Shown here in pieces: positions 62,426 to 64,000 of a stretch of DNA of 64,000 nucleotides (positions are counted from its first letter, which is position 1; each line of letters opens with the position of its first letter). The stretch lies in NCBI GenBank assembly GCA_951406725.2, contig OX597822.1, positions 117,366,001 to 117,430,000 of the forward strand, given 5' to 3'. The notes beneath the pieces were generated by a model. The model was not told the origin of the DNA. It did no database searches and worked only from the letters and a program-made list of their open reading frames with translations. Source of the stretch: Octopus vulgaris. Its lineage: Eukaryota. The position numbers were made by a program, and so were the translations under genes.

Positions 62426-62865
62426 TTATTACCTCCGCCTTGACGAAGGCGGAGGTATTGTTTTCAGTCGTGTTTGTTTGTCCGTGGGCAAGATATTCTC
62501 AAGAACCGCTGGATGGATTCGGATGAAACTTTCAGGGATGTTTGGCCTTGTGACAGGCACGAACAGATTAGATTTTGGGATCGATCCGGTACTGGACGAC
62601 GATTCTGGATTATTTGTTATATTTATTTTACATGGAGTCTTTCAAGTCTTTCTCTGATTACCTCTCTTATATCATGTTATATTATAATATATTATTTTAT
62701 CTCTTTTATATTATATAAGGATTCTGGATTATTTTTCCGTTTTTTTTAAACTTAATTTTTGAGACAGGTCGGGTTCATTTTTAGCATTCTCGTTTGTGAG
62801 AGCAGTCGGATTTATTTCAGATATTCTCATTTTAAAAATCATCTCCGGCTAATCGTTGAAAGGGA
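62426..62865 (+). mobile_element. Helentron/DINE-like non-autonomous element
   Basis: TTTATTACCTCCGCCTT-gac-GAAGGCGGAGGTA terminal hairpin, gtttgtttgtcc microsatellite, atgaaacttt and ggattctggatt blocks. Confidence 0.55.
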
Positions 62866-62867
62866 CG

Positions 62868-64000
62868 TCGCCGTCTCAGAGTAACAACTTGTTTGCTGCA
62901 ATCTCGTCGTTTTTGACCACGGTTGGATTGTTGAAGGTTTTCTCTTCGAGACTGTCCGTTGTTAAAATTGTTTTATATCACTGTTGAAAATTATTATTGA
63001 AGCGACTTGCGCTTAATTGTTTTTTTGCTGTTGTTTTTTAATGCTTTTTCTCCATTGGGAGGGTGTGTGTGTGAAAAGTTAGCTTTTCATTATGGAAAGC
63101 TATGCAAAACGGCTGCAGTTGGAGCAACTACGCCGTTGGAAGCGAAGCAGATAAAAATGAATATGGACGATATTATAAGAAGTGAATAATTTGTGCAAAG
63201 AGAGGGAGACGCAATAAAGCTGATCGATCCAGAGGAAGCGGTCAACGATAAGAGCGGTAGGACGGTGGTGTACCGCACGCAAGCGGTCGCCACCATTAAA
63301 ATCAGAAGACGATGTAGAAGAATGCTTGGGACCCCTGATGAAAACTTTCGTAAGCCAGGAGAAGAAGTATGGCACGGTGGAGGTGAGCTTTGCCACCAAA
63401 GAAGAGGCGGCTTCACGTTCCATCACTGTTTTACGATCTGACAAGGTGAGGCTGCGGCCTACGTATAGGGGCAGACGCAGTGTTCGGATTAGAATTGGGA
63501 GAGTGCCACTAGAAGTAAAAACATTGGTTGGTGGCAGCTATTCTGGCTGCCACCGAGGAAAGTCCCGAATTGGGACCAGTGGGAAGAACGAGCGTGTTAA
63601 AATGGTGGGGATGCGGTGTCGAAATGTGGCTTTTTCCACTTTCGAAGACATTAAGAGGACCCCCTACCAAATAGAGATTACGGGAGAAAGTTCCCTCAAA
63701 GTAATTGTTGAGGGTCGTCAACCGAATTGTTACGAATGTGGAGTGAGAGGCCACATGAGTACGCAGGGACCCAAGCACAAGCCTTCTCAGAGTGAGAAGG
63801 CTGTGTAGAAAGACCTAGAAGAAGCGGAGATTGGTGTACCGATTGAAGCAATGGAAGACGGAGATGACAAAAGTGATAAGGGGTGCGCCAGAGATACAGA
63901 GGAAGTGAAGCCGAAGGGAGACGGAACGAAAGCGGCAAAGGAGGAGAGCGACGGGTTTGTCAGCCCCAAAAGGAGGAAAAAAGCGAAATCAAGAGAACAC
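62868..64000 (+). mobile_element. L1/Tx1-like LINE 5' region and frameshifted ORF1
   Basis: RRM-like GTVEVSFATKEEA...VRIRIGRVP, then VIVEGRQPNCYECGVRGH (zinc knuckle, last Cys lost) and a charged tail; runs off the window. Confidence 0.7.

Overview
AT-rich, repeat-dense eukaryotic DNA. The SINE, RTE, Penelope and microsatellite content suggests a coleoid cephalopod such as Octopus; this is inferred from repeat style, not proven. One host gene is recognisable: a minus-strand carotenoid-cleavage oxygenase (BCO1/BCO2/RPE65/NinaB family). Seven phase-consistent GT-AG exons were assembled between 15209 and 1206, two of them missing from the ORF track. Its N-terminal exon was not found and its 3' exons lie beyond base 1. 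The rest is mobile DNA: tRNA-derived SINEs; RTE, CR1, L1/Tx1, CRE and Penelope-like retroelement fragments; Helitron, Chapaev3, mariner/Tc1, hAT and piggyBac relics and MITEs; and very long microsatellites that produce most of the supplied ORFs. Most notable observations: (i) a ~2.5-kb element at 49996-52486 with 43-bp terminal inverted repeats and a 5-bp target duplication, no recognisable transposase, carrying an intact 119-aa basic SPKK-motif ORF; (ii) a ~0.5-kb inverted duplication bracketing one oxygenase exon that encodes an iron ligand; (iii) several Penelope-type hammerhead ribozymes, two inside oxygenase introns; (iv) a SINE whose 3' end repeatedly abuts GTA and which forms head-to-tail arrays; (v) a pre-miRNA-like intronic hairpin. 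Repeat boundaries are approximate unless TSDs are quoted, and no database search was possible.
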